Below, piece by piece: positions 51,184-64,000 of a stretch of 64,000 nucleotides of DNA. Each line of letters starts with the position of its first letter. Positions within the stretch are counted from its first letter, which is position 1. The translations under genes and the position numbers were made by a program. The notes under the pieces were generated by a model. It was given only the letters and a program-made list of their open reading frames with translations. It was not told where the DNA came from and did not search any database. The DNA is from Octopus vulgaris (lineage: Eukaryota): positions 165,850,001 to 165,914,000 of the forward strand of contig OX597814.1 in NCBI GenBank assembly GCA_951406725.2, in the 5' to 3' direction.

Positions 51184-51954
51184 GTAAGTAAAATGATAAT
51201 CTTTGTTAAAATTTTTTATGCTTTTATTTTACGATATACAGTGACCTTAAGGACTTGGTTATTGTCCGCATGCTTATATATCCAACCTTTGCTATTGTTT
51301 TGTGTATATTGCCCTGCCTCAGTCTGTTTGACTGCAGGATGTCAATATCTTAAAACAACTGAATTTATAAAATTTATCATTCCCATGCTAGCTTTGAAAA
51401 ATGAATAGAAAAGAATCCTCATCATCACCATCATCATTTTAATGTCTACTTTTCCATGCTTGTATGGGTTGGATGAAATTTATTGAGGCAGATTTTCTAT
51501 GGCCAGATACTACTCTTGTTACCAACATTCACTTGTTTCCAAGCAAAGTGATGTTTTCTCATGGTCCAGACATTTTTTTCACAGATTGCAAACAATACTG
51601 TTTGAATGGTGGTGACATTTGTTTACAGTAAGTGTACAATGTCAAGACAAAGTAACACACAAACTCAACAGGCTTAGTTTTTATTTTAATTTCTGCTTTC
51701 CAAATTCAACCACAAGGCTGTGCCCTGCCCAGAGCTTTAGTAAAAGACTCTTGTCCACCAATATACTTCACAGTGGGACTAAACCTGAAGCCACATAATT
51801 GCAAAGTAAAACTTCTTATCTGTACAGCCATACCTGCATTTATCCTTTTTTTAAATCATTTTTGTATGCTTTATATTTGTTTTTTAAAGGTTACAAACAC
51901 TTTCTTTTAACTATTTAAAATTCATGAAACTGGTTTCACATTGTTAGTTGTTCT

Positions 51955-53225
51955 GACCATCACTGATTGCGGATCCTGGGTGGATGTTGTTTACCTGGAC
52001 TTTGCTAAGGCTTTTAACTCTGTGCCACACAAAAGACTTATGGTGAAGCTTTCTGCGTTGGGTGTAAGAGACGAACTCTATAACTGGTTGAAGTCCTTTA
52101 TTTTCAGCCGAAAAGAGGTTGTCACAGTTCTAGGACAGCACTCTTCGCCCTATGAGATGACATCTGGTGTACCACAGGGATCTGTTCTTGGCCCCCTTTT
52201 ATTTGTTGCATATGTTAATGACATAGATGCCAACTTAAAGAATGCCACAGTGCTGAAATATGCAGATGACATCAAGCTGTACCTCGAAATAAAGAGGTCA
52301 AATCCTGTACACTATAGATCTCTATTGCAAGCAGACCTGGACACAATGCAGCAGTGGATCATGGACTGGCAACTCAAGCTGGCTGTGGATAAATGTACCA
52401 CCATGCATTTTGGGAGGAGAAACCCAGCGTCCACCTACTCCCTCCACAACACTAGTCTCAAAAAGTCTTCATGTGAACGTGACCTGGGTGTTATTGTCGA
52501 CAGTGATTTGCGTTGGACAAAACACATCGCTAAAATTGTCAAGAAGGCTGAGGGTGTCTTGGCATCACTCACCAAATCCTTTGTGAGCCGCTCTCCGGCT
52601 ATCTATCTGCGGCTTTATATAGCTATGGTAAGACCTCACCTGGAATTTGCATCACCGGTCTGGAACCCCTATCTTGCCCAGGATATCAATCGTCTGGAAG
52701 CTGTCAGCGACGTGCAACCAAAAGAATACCCTCCATCAGGCATTTGCCATATCCTGAACGCCTTACTTCCCTGGGCATGGACACATTGAAACTCCGACAT
52801 CTGGCAGCTGACTTGGCAGACACCCATAAAATTATCAACCATTGTACAAACAATAACTCTGAGCACCTTTTCAAACTCCACCCATCTAACACCCATGGAC
52901 ATATTTACAAAGTAAGAAAACAGCACAGCTCCCATGACTTCAGGAAACATTTTTTCACGCTGAGAGTTGCTGAAGCATGGAACAAACTGCCGGCATCAGT
53001 TGTTAGTTGTCGGAGCACTGCATCCTTCAAAACTTCCATGCTTCCTGAGATTCGCCAACACTACACTTGATTTTCTCCCCTCCATACACACACAAGCATG
53101 TATCTGACTCATACATTGTTCGCTTTCCAGACATTTCTACATTACTGCATGTACTTTATATGCACTTTCTGACAAGTTGTGGTGCACCTGAGCACTGTAT
53201 ACAATAATTTCATTATTATATTATT
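51955..53225 (+). mobile_element. 5'-truncated CR1-type LINE (reverse transcriptase, frameshifted) in MANF intron 2
   Basis: ORF 51941-52789 has VDVVYLDFAKAF, SGVPQGSVLGPLLF, YADD and ERDLGV motifs. It continues in another frame (YPERL..LG..TL...FFTLRVAEAWNKLP), followed by a 3' UTR and (ATT)n tail. Confidence 0.93.
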
Positions 53226-53704
53226 GTTATGGATCAACCATGATTGTATAGGATGACTTAAAAAATCCTTTTAGCATGTCAATTTTATATGTGATTTCAA
53301 TACAAAAGGGACTTCGGAATCACTTTGCATAATTTGGATGAGACTGGAAATCTTGCAATTGTGAAATTAAGAGCAGTAGAATGCCTATAAATATGAATTG
53401 ATTTTAAATTGTTTCTTAAAGAGAGTGGCAGGCAGGAAGGGATGAGTCAGAATTTCATTTTATTTCCATGTCATAACACTTTCTATTTCATTCATCATTT
53501 GCTGACCATTGCTGTTTGAGAAAATGTACATCTGGCTGAAAAGTGAACATTGCACAGACTCATCCATCTTTGCATAGCAGAATGGGAAAATGACTATTGT
53601 TAACTGTTTCATTAATAGTAGTATTTCATAATATTTAGTAATTTCTTTGGCCTGTTCGCTGCTGATTACTCTTTCTGGTTACAAACATTCTTCTCTCATT
53701 TCAG

Positions 53705-53846
53705 TGTTATTATATAGGAGCTTTAGAAACATCAGCTACCAACATTATCAATGAGATGACTAAACCATTGACCTATAGTCTACCAGTTGAAAAAGTTTGT
53801 CAAAAACTGGAAAAGATAGATCGTCAGATCTGTGATTTGAAATATG
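53705..53846 (+). CDS. MANF: MANF/CDNF exon 3
   Basis: [47 protein letters not shown], containing the family-hallmark CYYIGA...AT.I..E..KP...P.EK.C.KL...D.QIC.LKY. Confidence 0.96.
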
Positions 53847-54755
53847 GTAATTATCATCTTTTTTTATTTTATTTTATCAATGGTAGATTTAGATACATGG
53901 ATTAATTTTCCTGTGAATCCTCTACTTAACCTGGATTTGATTCTTGAATTGCTGAAGCAAATCTTATTCTTTCATAGTTCCATACTCAGTTTTACCCAAT
54001 CATATTAGGCTCAGTTTTTATTTCACATCAATGCATATTTATCAAATAGCTGAGTTGCCTTCATTGATGTTCCACAGTAATCATTAGCACACACACGTAT
54101 TAATGGGGTTCTGCAATGTTCGTCCCTCAGATTCTACTAACAACTTATTACTCAACCTAAGGCTATGGTTAATGGATAATTACTCAAGGTTCTATATAAG
54201 GTGAGCAAGCCCAGAACCATTTGGTTATTAAAACAAACTTTTTAGCTACAAATACATTGAATCAGAAAGGATGCCATGTCTTACTAAGTAAGACATGCTC
54301 TTAAACCTTTAGCAACTTTTTATAGAGGGCCATCCCTCCATAAGTACCATAATAGTAGCTAGGTATGCCGTATACCTTTGAATAGCTTCTCTATGAAGTT
54401 TCAGTGAGTGGATATTTTAACTTGCATAAACATTCAAAAGCCATTGTTAGAGAGAGCATCTAGGAAGGACCTTTGGGACTATACAGAGTCCTAGAAGTTT
54501 TGTTTTTAACACTTGAATTATGTAAAATGAGTCTTATAAGCCACTGAGTATAAGGCTACAATGATCTATTTAAGAAAAATCTATTACCATGTTGCTGTTA
54601 CTTATAGTTGTGAACTATACCAGCATCTAATACCTATTTTACAGCTAGATAGACAGGTCACAGACTATGTCCATAGAAAAAAAATTGAAGATATTAAAAT
54701 ATACTTGTAATTATTTCCGGTTGACTTAACTATTTATTCCTATTTCATTTTTCAG

Positions 54756-54952
54756 AAAAAATGATTGACTTAGCAAAAACGAATTTGAAGAAGCTGAAAG
54801 TTAAAGATTTGAAGAAGATATTATCACAATGGGGAGAAGACGGAGCATGCAAAGGATGTGCTGAAAAATCTGATTTTATCAAAGTCATTGAAGAACTAAT
54901 GCCAACTTATGCTCCTGAAGCTTATGCTGCTCGTCAGAATGTAGAATTATGA
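54756..54952 (+). CDS. MANF: MANF/CDNF exon 4 (SAP-like domain, CXXC, ER-retention-like end)
   Basis: [65 protein letters not shown]; joined CDS is 552 nt = 183 aa. Confidence 0.96.
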
Positions 54953-56052
54953 CACCTCAAACTATATAATTTTGACATTTACCACTTCTCTGTATTTTGT
55001 GAAAACTTAACCAAAACATGGTCAAACTGTGTTTCAACATACACACAAACTTTATAAAATTTCCCAAAGTAATCAGATGTTTGAAATGTGGGGGGAAAAG
55101 AATATTCAGTAGTTTAAAATTCTCATTCTAATATTCTTTTATCATTTCTTTGAAATTACCTCTGATTTCTTCATAAAGCCTCTTGTAAGCAACTCAAGCT
55201 AGTTGAAGTCTTCAATGTGATGCTATTTATTGCTGCAACTAGCTTTATTTTCTATACATTCACCCTCTCTCTTTGTTTCTCATATTTGACTAAAAACTCC
55301 AGAATGAACTGATATAATGTTTATTGCAGCCTGTACTTCTAAGTTATCTACAATGTCATATCATCTTTACTACATTCAAACAAAATTGGGAAATTTCAAC
55401 TGTGGCCTATACTGTACAAAAATCCACTAAAACAAAACTACAGAAAATTTACTAAAACAATTACAAAAAGAATTTTTGTTGTTTTTTTTTTTGTCATTGT
55501 GAAAATATTGTCCCTCCCTCTAAACATTCGAACTGTGGTGAAAGATCTAGTTTGTTTCAAATTTAATATTTCTAAAATAAATAATGTTTATTTCCATTTG
55601 ACATTTTTTTGTTCTTTCAATTCTTCTGTTTTAATTTATTAACTTTAACAGACAATTTAATTGTAGAACACAATTTAACATTCATTACTATGTATGAAAA
55701 TTCTAAAAGATACTGAAAGAAGTATCTGAAGCATTGGAAGGTTTTTGTCTCTTCTACAAAATTCTTATTCATCTGTTCATTCTCAGGTTAATTACCTAAG
55801 ACTATTTGGTGAATATTTTAATGTGTGCGTGTGTGTTGAGAGTTCAGATAAAATTCTTTTATGAAAATGTTTTTTGAATAATAAAACCATTTTAACTTAA
55901 ATACACAATTTTTGTTGTTTTTCTGCAATGAAGTCATTTATTTCTGCAGTTGTTTAGTTCCAGGTCAACTTTGACAGAGAAGATGGCATTCCAGCCACAA
56001 CCATCCCATTATTACTTAATGTATCTTTACATAAGCTTGTAATGGGCTTTTA

Positions 56053-56298
56053 GAGTTGCTGAAGTATGGAACAAACTGCTGGAATCACTTGTTAGTTGTC
56101 GGAGCACTGCATCCTTCAAAACTTCCATGCTTCCTGAGATTCGCCAACACTACACCTGATTTTCTCCCTTCCATACACACGCAAGCATGTATCTGACTCA
56201 TACACTGTTCACTTCCCAGACATTTATACATTACTGCATATACTTTATACGCACTTTTGACAAGTTGTGGTACACCTGAGCACTATACAATAATTTCA
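56053..56298 (+). mobile_element. CR1 LINE 3' end fragment
   Basis: Near-identical to 52962-53212. Confidence 0.85.
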
Positions 56299-56453
56299 TC
56301 ATCATCATCATCGTTAAGCGTCCGCTTTCCATGCTAGCATGGGTTGGACGGTTCAATTGGGGTCTATAAGCCAGAAGGCTGCACCAGGCCCAGTCTGATC
56401 TGGCAATGTTTCTACGGCTGGATGCCCATTCCTAACGCCAACCACTCCGTGAG
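56297..56453 (-). mobile_element. (GAT)n-tailed retroposon 3' fragment, tail-to-tail with a CR1 fragment
   Basis: catcatcatc...ccatgctagcatgggttggacg. Confidence 0.7.
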
Positions 56454-56777
56454 TATTATTTTATAGAGAGATTTGGCTGCTGTTTCTAGCAAGTCGAGCA
56501 ACCATGTTTCAAAATAAGAGGAAGAAACATGTTTTTGCTCATTAATCATATCAGGGCTGCAGTTAATGAGGACATGTGGTGGAAATGCAAAGTGAAACAG
56601 TTTACTTTTAATGAAAACATCTATGTGGAAAACATTAGCTACTGATGCAGACACTAACTTTTGAAATGTAAAGACTGTCTCAAACAAGACAAATGAAGTT
56701 ATTATATAAGTTGATCTATTTCTTGTTTGTGTAGGAATATCATTACATGCCATGTTTATTTCTTTGGACATTGGTTA

Positions 56778-57173
56778 TCTTTATATATAAAAGTGAAGTT
56801 GTGTGTCGGTCTCCTACGATTTAGATTCCTAACTACTCCCACATTTTGCGGTGCAGTGTAACCAAAAGCGGGTATCTTATAGTCGTGATTCATATCGAGC
56901 CCTTCTGGGTATTAGCGCGCGCGTCTACGATGAGTCTACGATTTTAAAAAAAATTTACCATCATTTTTTTTCCCATTTTTTAATGCATTTTTTTGCTATT
57001 ATATAAGGGAAGTAACTCTCTAAAAATGTATTATTAAATCTCAGAACGTAAAAAGCTACAGTAACACCCCTCTTTGTGGTTAGCCATATTGAGATATTAT
57101 ACTTTACATCTCTAAAAATGCTTATATAGTTATTTCCCTTACAAACCCGAGCAACGCCGGGCGATACTGCTAG
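56778..57173 (+). mobile_element. Non-autonomous Helitron
   Basis: 5' A|TC; 3' cccgagcaacgccgggcgatactgCTAG|T, shared with 37190-37552. Confidence 0.8.
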
Positions 57174-57207
57174 TTTAAAATATTAGGGTTTTCTAACGTA
57201 TAGGTGC

Positions 57208-57734
57208 AGGTATGGTTGTGTGGTTAAGAAGTTTGTTTCACAACCACATGGTTTCATGTTCAGTCCCACATTGTTGCACCTTCAGCAAATGTTTTTTTAA
57301 GAATAAGGCCTCTTGGCCAACCAAGCCTTACAAGTAGATTTAATAGCCAGAAACTTTAAGCCCTGTGTGTCTGTTCATATCACCTTGTCTTGACCCCACA
57401 GGCTAAGTGTAAACAAACATCACTCATAAAAGCAGTATCATACATTTGTAATCTTCTGTGAAAGCATGTCTGGCCATTGAGCTGTTCATTGTTCAAAGGA
57501 ATGGGGGAAATATATATATGTATGTTTGTGTGACTGTGTTTATCCCCCTAGCATTGCTTGACAACCGATGCTGGTGTGTTTATGTCCCCGTCACTTAGCA
57601 GTTTGGCAAAAGAGACCGATAGAATAAGTACTGGGCTTACAAAGAACAAGTCCCGGGGTCGAGTAGCTCGATTAAAGGCGGTGCTACAGCATGGCCGCAG
57701 TCAAATGACTGAAACAAGCAAAAGAGTAAAAGAG
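57208..57734 (+). mobile_element. Composite/diverged tRNA-derived SINE copies
   Basis: Diverged 5' tRNA-like head at ~57208 and a well-conserved 3' half at 57510-57734. Confidence 0.65.
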
Positions 57735-59112
57735 TATGCAAGCATAGAAAAGTGGACACTAAAATGATGATAATGTAAGCCTTTTCAGTTTCTTTGTTTT
57801 AGTTTTTTATGTACATTTCTTGGCAATATGCTAGCCTGTACTTGTCTTCAAGTTAGATATTTCTCATTCATAGGTCTTTACACATAAAAACTGCCAATCT
57901 GTCGGATATAAGGGACATAAATACATATTGCTACTGTTCCAAGCAGTCTCAATGCAAAGACAAACATACTTGCATCACAAACACACACATCAAACATCTA
58001 GTTTTTGTTTACCAAATTTCACTCGCAAAGAATTGGTTAGTCCAAGACTATTTAGTAGGTGTCAGACAGCAGGACTAAACCTAAAACAATGTACTGTGAA
58101 CTTCCATATTTCACTTCGACCAATCTTAGAGACTAGCATCTAAACTGGTTACCATTTAGAAAAGCAATAAATTGAAGACTTCTCTAACATGTTTTTTCTC
58201 AATGTATCAGATACAATATATACTCAAGTATTGTGATGTCATCTTCGTTTTCAAACAACTTTATTTACTAAAGGAGCTTTTACATGCTAGACTTACCAGC
58301 CAGATTCCTTCAACATTCTACCAGCAAAAAAGCAAAGACAATAGGATGGCCACTGCTAGAATGTCTTTGAGCTATTAGAGCTGACTTGTGGTTAACCACT
58401 TTCTGGTTGGTATTCTGCAGCCAAGGATTGTCATTTCCTTTGTATAATTCATGCAAGCACTTGTCAAATGCTTATAACTCTAATTTTACTCTACATAAGA
58501 GTAATAATCTCTTTTCACTCTAAAGCAAGATCTTTATAATAGTAACAGATGAACAGAATAAATTTTGAGTCTCTTGATAACAGATAATTTCGGTGCCTTT
58601 ATAGAAATTGAGCATCTCATGACTTGCAAAGATTCTGACCACCTTTGCCGGATAAATAACTATTTGTGATCTCAATTGACACCAACAATAATATATGATG
58701 GCTTCTGCATCTATAAGTCCATTACACCAAGCCAGAGTAAAGCCTATTGTCACATAATCTCCAAAGGTTTGGTTGATCCTTCCAGTATAACAATATCCAG
58801 ATGATCGGAACATGTGACTTGATAAGATTGGGATCCTATTTGTAAACCCAAGCCCCACTCTATTCCTGTCTTCAAAAACCCATCCTCTGAAGATGCATTG
58901 AAATTGATGTAACCAGAGAAAAAGCTGGCACGAGCAAAAATGATTACATTTAGATATAAATGAAAAGCTTTATGTTTATATCACAAGGAAGTATTATGCA
59001 ACTTTTCCTAAAGAACACATGTGAGGCATATCCAGCAAGCAAATAGATGGCATGTTATGACTAACAATTTGAGAATTTACCACTATGCAACTGTAGACAT
59101 CACAATATGATA

Positions 59113-59347
59113 TATTGGGTTAATGCATAATTATTGCAGCTTTTTTTCAACAAATTTTATTCAACAAAAACAATAATAACATGTAACATCAAAATCTTTA
59201 AATGATGATTCTGGAACATATTCACCATCTACTTCAATTACTGCTTTTCATTTGCTTGGCAGATGGTCAGACCGTCATTTAAAGATGTTTTTGTTAAATA
59301 TTATTGTTTTTGTTGAATAAAATATGTTGAAAAGGCCGCAATAATTA
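59113..59347. mobile_element. Mariner-derived foldback relic
   Basis: ~50-bp inverted repeats (59127-59178 / 59299-59347); minus strand encodes a mariner C-terminus-like DHLPSK*KAVIEVDGEYVPES. Confidence 0.7.
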
Positions 59348-60919
59348 CTTCTATTAGATTGTACTGAATTTATTTGGAGACAGATTAAAATATTTCTCCT
59401 TTACATTTACTCCTTTGATACACAGCCTACTGACTAGTTTTCCATTTCTCTATTTCATATAAGCTGGTACTGCTGTTGGTAAAGAGTCCCTCTATCTAGC
59501 TATCTGTCTGTCTTAGTCTCAGAGACTAAGATAGAGATGTGTTGTTTTTTGGTACCAGCTCATAATGTGTTTGGTGCCAGCCACATTGTCTGATGTAATC
59601 CTGCTGCCTCTGACTGCCCAAGCCACTGTATAGACTCCCCTACCTCTTTTTTTTCTGCTAACCATTTATGAAGCTCAAATCTGAGTAACAATGGAATGCT
59701 CTACATGTGCAACAGAGCTGCTTCTACAAATACACACACTCCAACAGTCTTGTCCATAAAGGTAGTCTCCTCACTCTGCTTTTCTGTCACTATTACAATG
59801 ACTTCTGGCAGCTGGTTGTTCATTAGCTATTGCCATTCAAACCCTCCTTATTTCTTCTCATTTTTCATATTCAAGTCCCATGCTCATTCTCAACAGCCCC
59901 TAGATACAGCTCTCACCTCCACACTATACCTTTAAAAAAGGAGAAAATTGTGGTAAATCTGATCAAATATACCTGAAATGAATATTTTAAAATTATAATC
60001 ACTTTCACCAGCACAGACTGGTTGAAAGAAAAACAAAGTGCAAAAATCATGTTCGCTTCTATAGTATTAAATTTATTAGGCAAAATATATCTGTTCTCTG
60101 GCAGAGTCAAATTTTGAACGAACAAAGGCTAAATGCTTGTAAGCTTACAAGAACAATTACGAGATCAAACAAGTTGTTTTAAAATAGATTTCACAGAAAA
60201 TAATATATAAATAAATAATAAAGGGAGAATAAAAAAAAAAGTGGATGGAAAAATGAAGGAGAGAAATCTTACTGAAGTTGAAGAAATAGGATTTAGAGAA
60301 GAATAAATTATTCAAATCAGAAAGAAATAAAATAAAAACAAATAAATACATGCTCCTGTTTTTTTAAGGGTTTTTTGTTATTTTTTTTTCAATAAAATTT
60401 AATAAAATTTCTGTATTGCAAACTTCGCAAATATAGTCATGCTCTTTTTTTCTTTTAATTTATATTATTTTATTTCAATTTATATGCTGCTGTATGAACT
60501 ACAATGGAAGTAAACCAGTGTTTACACTTCGATGACCTAGTTTATAAAGATGAAAAATTTATAGATGAGTCTCCAAAAGAAAGAAAAAAAAAATAAGAGA
60601 ATGATTAAATGTATGACTCTCCTGCAATATATATATATTTCTATGTACACATAAAATATTAGTTCTCCCTCAGAAAACACAAAGCCTGTTAAATTTCTGA
60701 AAAACCTCAACCCTGAAATATAAAAATGTAACAATTTAAATATATTGATGGAAAAATATAACAAGGAATTTCATAAAATCCACCTTTAAACTCACTAGAT
60801 TAGGTTTGATATTAAGCATTCCTCAATAATTTAGAAAACAATTCTTTAAAAAGACAAGCAGTTTATACCAAAAATATCATATTTTATGGTTATTTCCCAT
60901 TGAACATATGGAAGAGTTT

Positions 60920-61370
60920 GTGTGTATGCGCACACATACACATGCACGCACACACGCGCACAGATATATACACTTCAATATATACATTTGCATGTTTATG
61001 TATATATATATATATATATGCTTTCTATATATAAGTGTGTGAGTTTATATAAATATATATATATATATGCACACATATATACATATATATTACGCATACA
61101 CTTCATATAAATGCTTGCATGTATATGTATATATACATATGTGTGTGTGTGTATGAAAGATATATTTATACACACACCACACACACACATATATATATAT
61201 ATATACATCCATCCATATATATATATCTATATATATATACATATATATGCATACATTCATTCATATATACATCCATCCACACGCACACACACACACATAT
61301 ATATACATACATACACATTCATATATATATATATAGGTGTGTGTGTGTGTATTGTTTCTCACACACACAT
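60920..61370. repeat. Compound (TA)n/(CA)n/(TG)n microsatellite array
   Basis: Visible directly; produces spurious YIYI/THTH ORFs. Confidence 0.9.
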
Positions 61371-61793
61371 AAGATAGGGCTAAACGTGACAGCAGTAAGA
61401 TTGTAGGTAACATGACACAAAGTAAATCTGAACAACACTAATATTAGAATATTAGGAACAATAGTGGAAATTTCATTCATTCACCAATTAAGTTTATTTT
61501 TAAGTAATATACATATACTTAAAAAATATATAAAAGTTTTCTTTTATTTTTTTCAACTGTTTTAAGTGAAACTGCCTTACAGTAGTAATTCAGTTATATA
61601 TTATTTATGCAAAATAGTTTCCATGAAAGAAAGTATAGCTTGGCAAGGGAACTTTAAACATTAAGGGGTTGCATTGGAAACTTCCGTAAGTCTATGGAAG
61701 GGAAAAGAAGAAAATGACCTAAGACAAGAGCATGATTGCGATTAGGTTAGAAGTAAAGACATCTAGTTCCTGGAATATAAGGAACAGTAGTGT

Positions 61794-62040
61794 GGTATGT
61801 GTGTGTGTGTGTGTGTGTGTGTGTATGAATGAAATAAAAGCAGCTCTAGTGTAACAAATATATATATATATTTACATATATATATATATACATACACACA
61901 TGTGCATGTATGTACATATATATAAATGCATATATATCTATATATATACATATATATATAAATGTATGTATGTTCATATATGTATATGTGTGTGTGTGTG
62001 TGTGTATATATAGATATATACACAAACACACACACATATC
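61794..62040. repeat. Compound (TG)n/(TA)n/(CA)n microsatellite array
   Basis: Visible directly. Confidence 0.9.
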
Positions 62041-62052
62041 TCAAAAGTAACT

Positions 62053-62578
62053 AGACACTCCTTATTATACCATTTTATCTGTATGGACACTACTTGATGC
62101 TTCAAACTTGTTAATATATTATTATTTTCCATATTAGATTAGAGTAAATGACTGTTTATAGCAACTGGCCTTGATGCGAACACCAGAAGCAAAAGAGTTG
62201 TCTGATCTTCAAAGAGGGCATATTGTGGGGCAAACTGAGGGAGAACTTAGCTGGCATAAGATTGCACAAAACCTTGGCATTCTTCTTGCAACAATCAATA
62301 GAGTGATTGAACAATTCACCAGCAAATGAAAGGAATCAACAACATCCTGCTGAGGTCGACCTGGGCCCTTAGACAGGTATCTTTGGGGTTGCAAGCAGAT
62401 TGTTGAAATGAAACAGTCCTCTTGTAAGGCAGCTAATGTCGCAAAGTAACTCCAAATGAATCAGAAAACTTCTGTGAGAATTTCTATTGACCTGGCTACT
62501 GAATTGAAAGTAATAATATATTAAGTTTTAAGCACTACATAGTGTCCACACAAATGAAACAGTATAATGAAGTATATA
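62053..62578 (+). mobile_element. Tc1-family transposon deletion derivative (pseudo-transposase)
   Basis: From ATG 62174: [48 protein letters not shown]...GRPGP (HTH + GRP motif, with stops); degenerate TIRs at both ends (..ggacacta.. / ..tagtgtcc..). Confidence 0.75.
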
Positions 62579-64000
62579 TACATACACAGAAATTTTTGAA
62601 GTGTCTATTTAAGTATATATATATATATATATATTACACCTACAAAAATTTAGCGAGTCATAAGAGCTAATACAACTATTCATAAGAGCTAATAATTTAT
62701 TTACCAGATAATAATTTATTTAGCTAGCAAGTATTAGAAAATATCTCCAAAGCAAATACTCAATATAATGCTCATCAATTTCATGGATTAAATATCTTCA
62801 TTTGCCTTGATATATACACCTTTATTCATCAACAGGGTTAAACTCTATTAAAAATGTTAACACTGCTACCAAGACTACTGAGAAGTTAAGGCTTAAGTTG
62901 GTGACAGCAGTTAAAAAACAGGATTGCAAAAATAAATTGCTTCACTGAGCTGATGGCAAAACTTGGTATCTTGGCTTCACCTAATTAAATACTCAGTTCT
63001 GTTTATAAATAAATGGTAATTAATGTAATACAAAAATAGTCATCCATTAAAATTTTTATAAAAATAATTTTCCTGGCAGCCCCCAAGAACTAAATCATCT
63101 ACTTTCTAACAAAAACTGAAGACAGTGAAAAGGGAAGGAGTGAAATGTTTTCATCTAACACTATTTCCAGAGTGTTCAGATTACACTCTAATTATTACTA
63201 TTATTATTATTATTATTATTATTATTATGAACCATATTAATCAGTCTTACATTCAGTTAACTACAAGAACTACATGCCATTCAATGTTCAACTCTACCCA
63301 GCAGATGGGAGTCATATTCTTCATTCATACTTTATAATTTATCAATACCAAGATAACGTATTTTTGTTTGTTTTTTTTTGTTTTGTTTTTGTTTTTATCC
63401 CAAAAGATTCTGTTAACATTTCATACTAAAAAAATTATTAGCCACATAGTGGTAGATATTCTTCAATTATAAACCAAAGTGTATATAATAGACAAAAATC
63501 AATAAACACGTTGTTGCACTATGTCCCACAAATCTACAGTAAACAATGGAAATCAAAGATATTCTCAGCAAAATCAGCCAGACATAATAGATGTCAATAT
63601 ATCAACAAAATAACCAACATAATTGCTATTCTGGGAGTGGGAGTCGTATGGGGGGAAAAATTGCAGTTTTGTGATATTGTCACTTATTTTTCTTTTTTTT
63701 TTTTTGTTTTGTTTTTTTGTAATATTTTATATTTCATATATGCACCCAGAACCATGATAATAGTTTAGGAGTGAAATTTAGGATTTCTCAGTTTTCTGTG
63801 AATCGATTTTGATAAAACTTTTCCCAGCTGGTTTGCATACTATGGCAATACCATTGTTGTTATGTTTTCATTATTCTGTGTAACATCCTTCTTTCTTTAT
63901 TTCAGATTCTTCAGTTTTTGGGTGAACCACACTAATAGTGTCTCTCCTCTCTAAGAACAATGGGATGTGGAAAAGGCCTTAATGATGAAGAGAAAGTCTG

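Noticed and set aside
60920-62044. Multiple 60-95 aa ORFs rich in Y/I/H/T/C/V
   Set aside because: Translations of TA/CA/TG microsatellites; the same applies to the ORFs at 26560-27006 and 35927-36231.
1-64000. CRISPR arrays, rRNA genes or prokaryotic operons
   Set aside because: None seen; the window is spliceosomal-intron-rich animal DNA.

Overview
AT-rich, repeat-dense eukaryotic (metazoan) genomic DNA. The SINE families and TA/CA microsatellites point to an octopus (coleoid cephalopod); this is inference, not a database match. Four spliced protein-coding genes were reconstructed by hand from splice sites and reading phase. They form two head-to-head pairs. The first pair is MOV10L1 (minus strand; only the first coding exon is in the window) and TSR2 (plus, 6 coding exons, 188 aa). 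The second pair is HSPA14 (minus, 14 coding exons, 527 aa, 14.4-kb first intron) and a MANF/CDNF-family gene (plus, 4 exons, 183 aa), whose start codons are 764 bp apart with CRE/ERSE-like motifs between them. This mirrors the head-to-head CDNF-HSPA14 arrangement in human. Introns and intergenic DNA hold tRNA-derived SINEs, (GAT)n-tailed retroposons, CR1 and RTE LINE pieces, piggyBac deletion derivatives and TTAA MITEs, non-autonomous Helitrons, Tc1/mariner relics and a MITE with a 9-bp TSD. The most notable non-coding structures are in HSPA14 intron 1: a nearly complete type-I hammerhead ribozyme with a G12A change (40691-40789), a perfect 56-bp inverted repeat with nested hairpins and a 13-bp TSD, a perfect 29-bp hairpin, and a ~430-bp direct duplication that brackets the ribozyme region.
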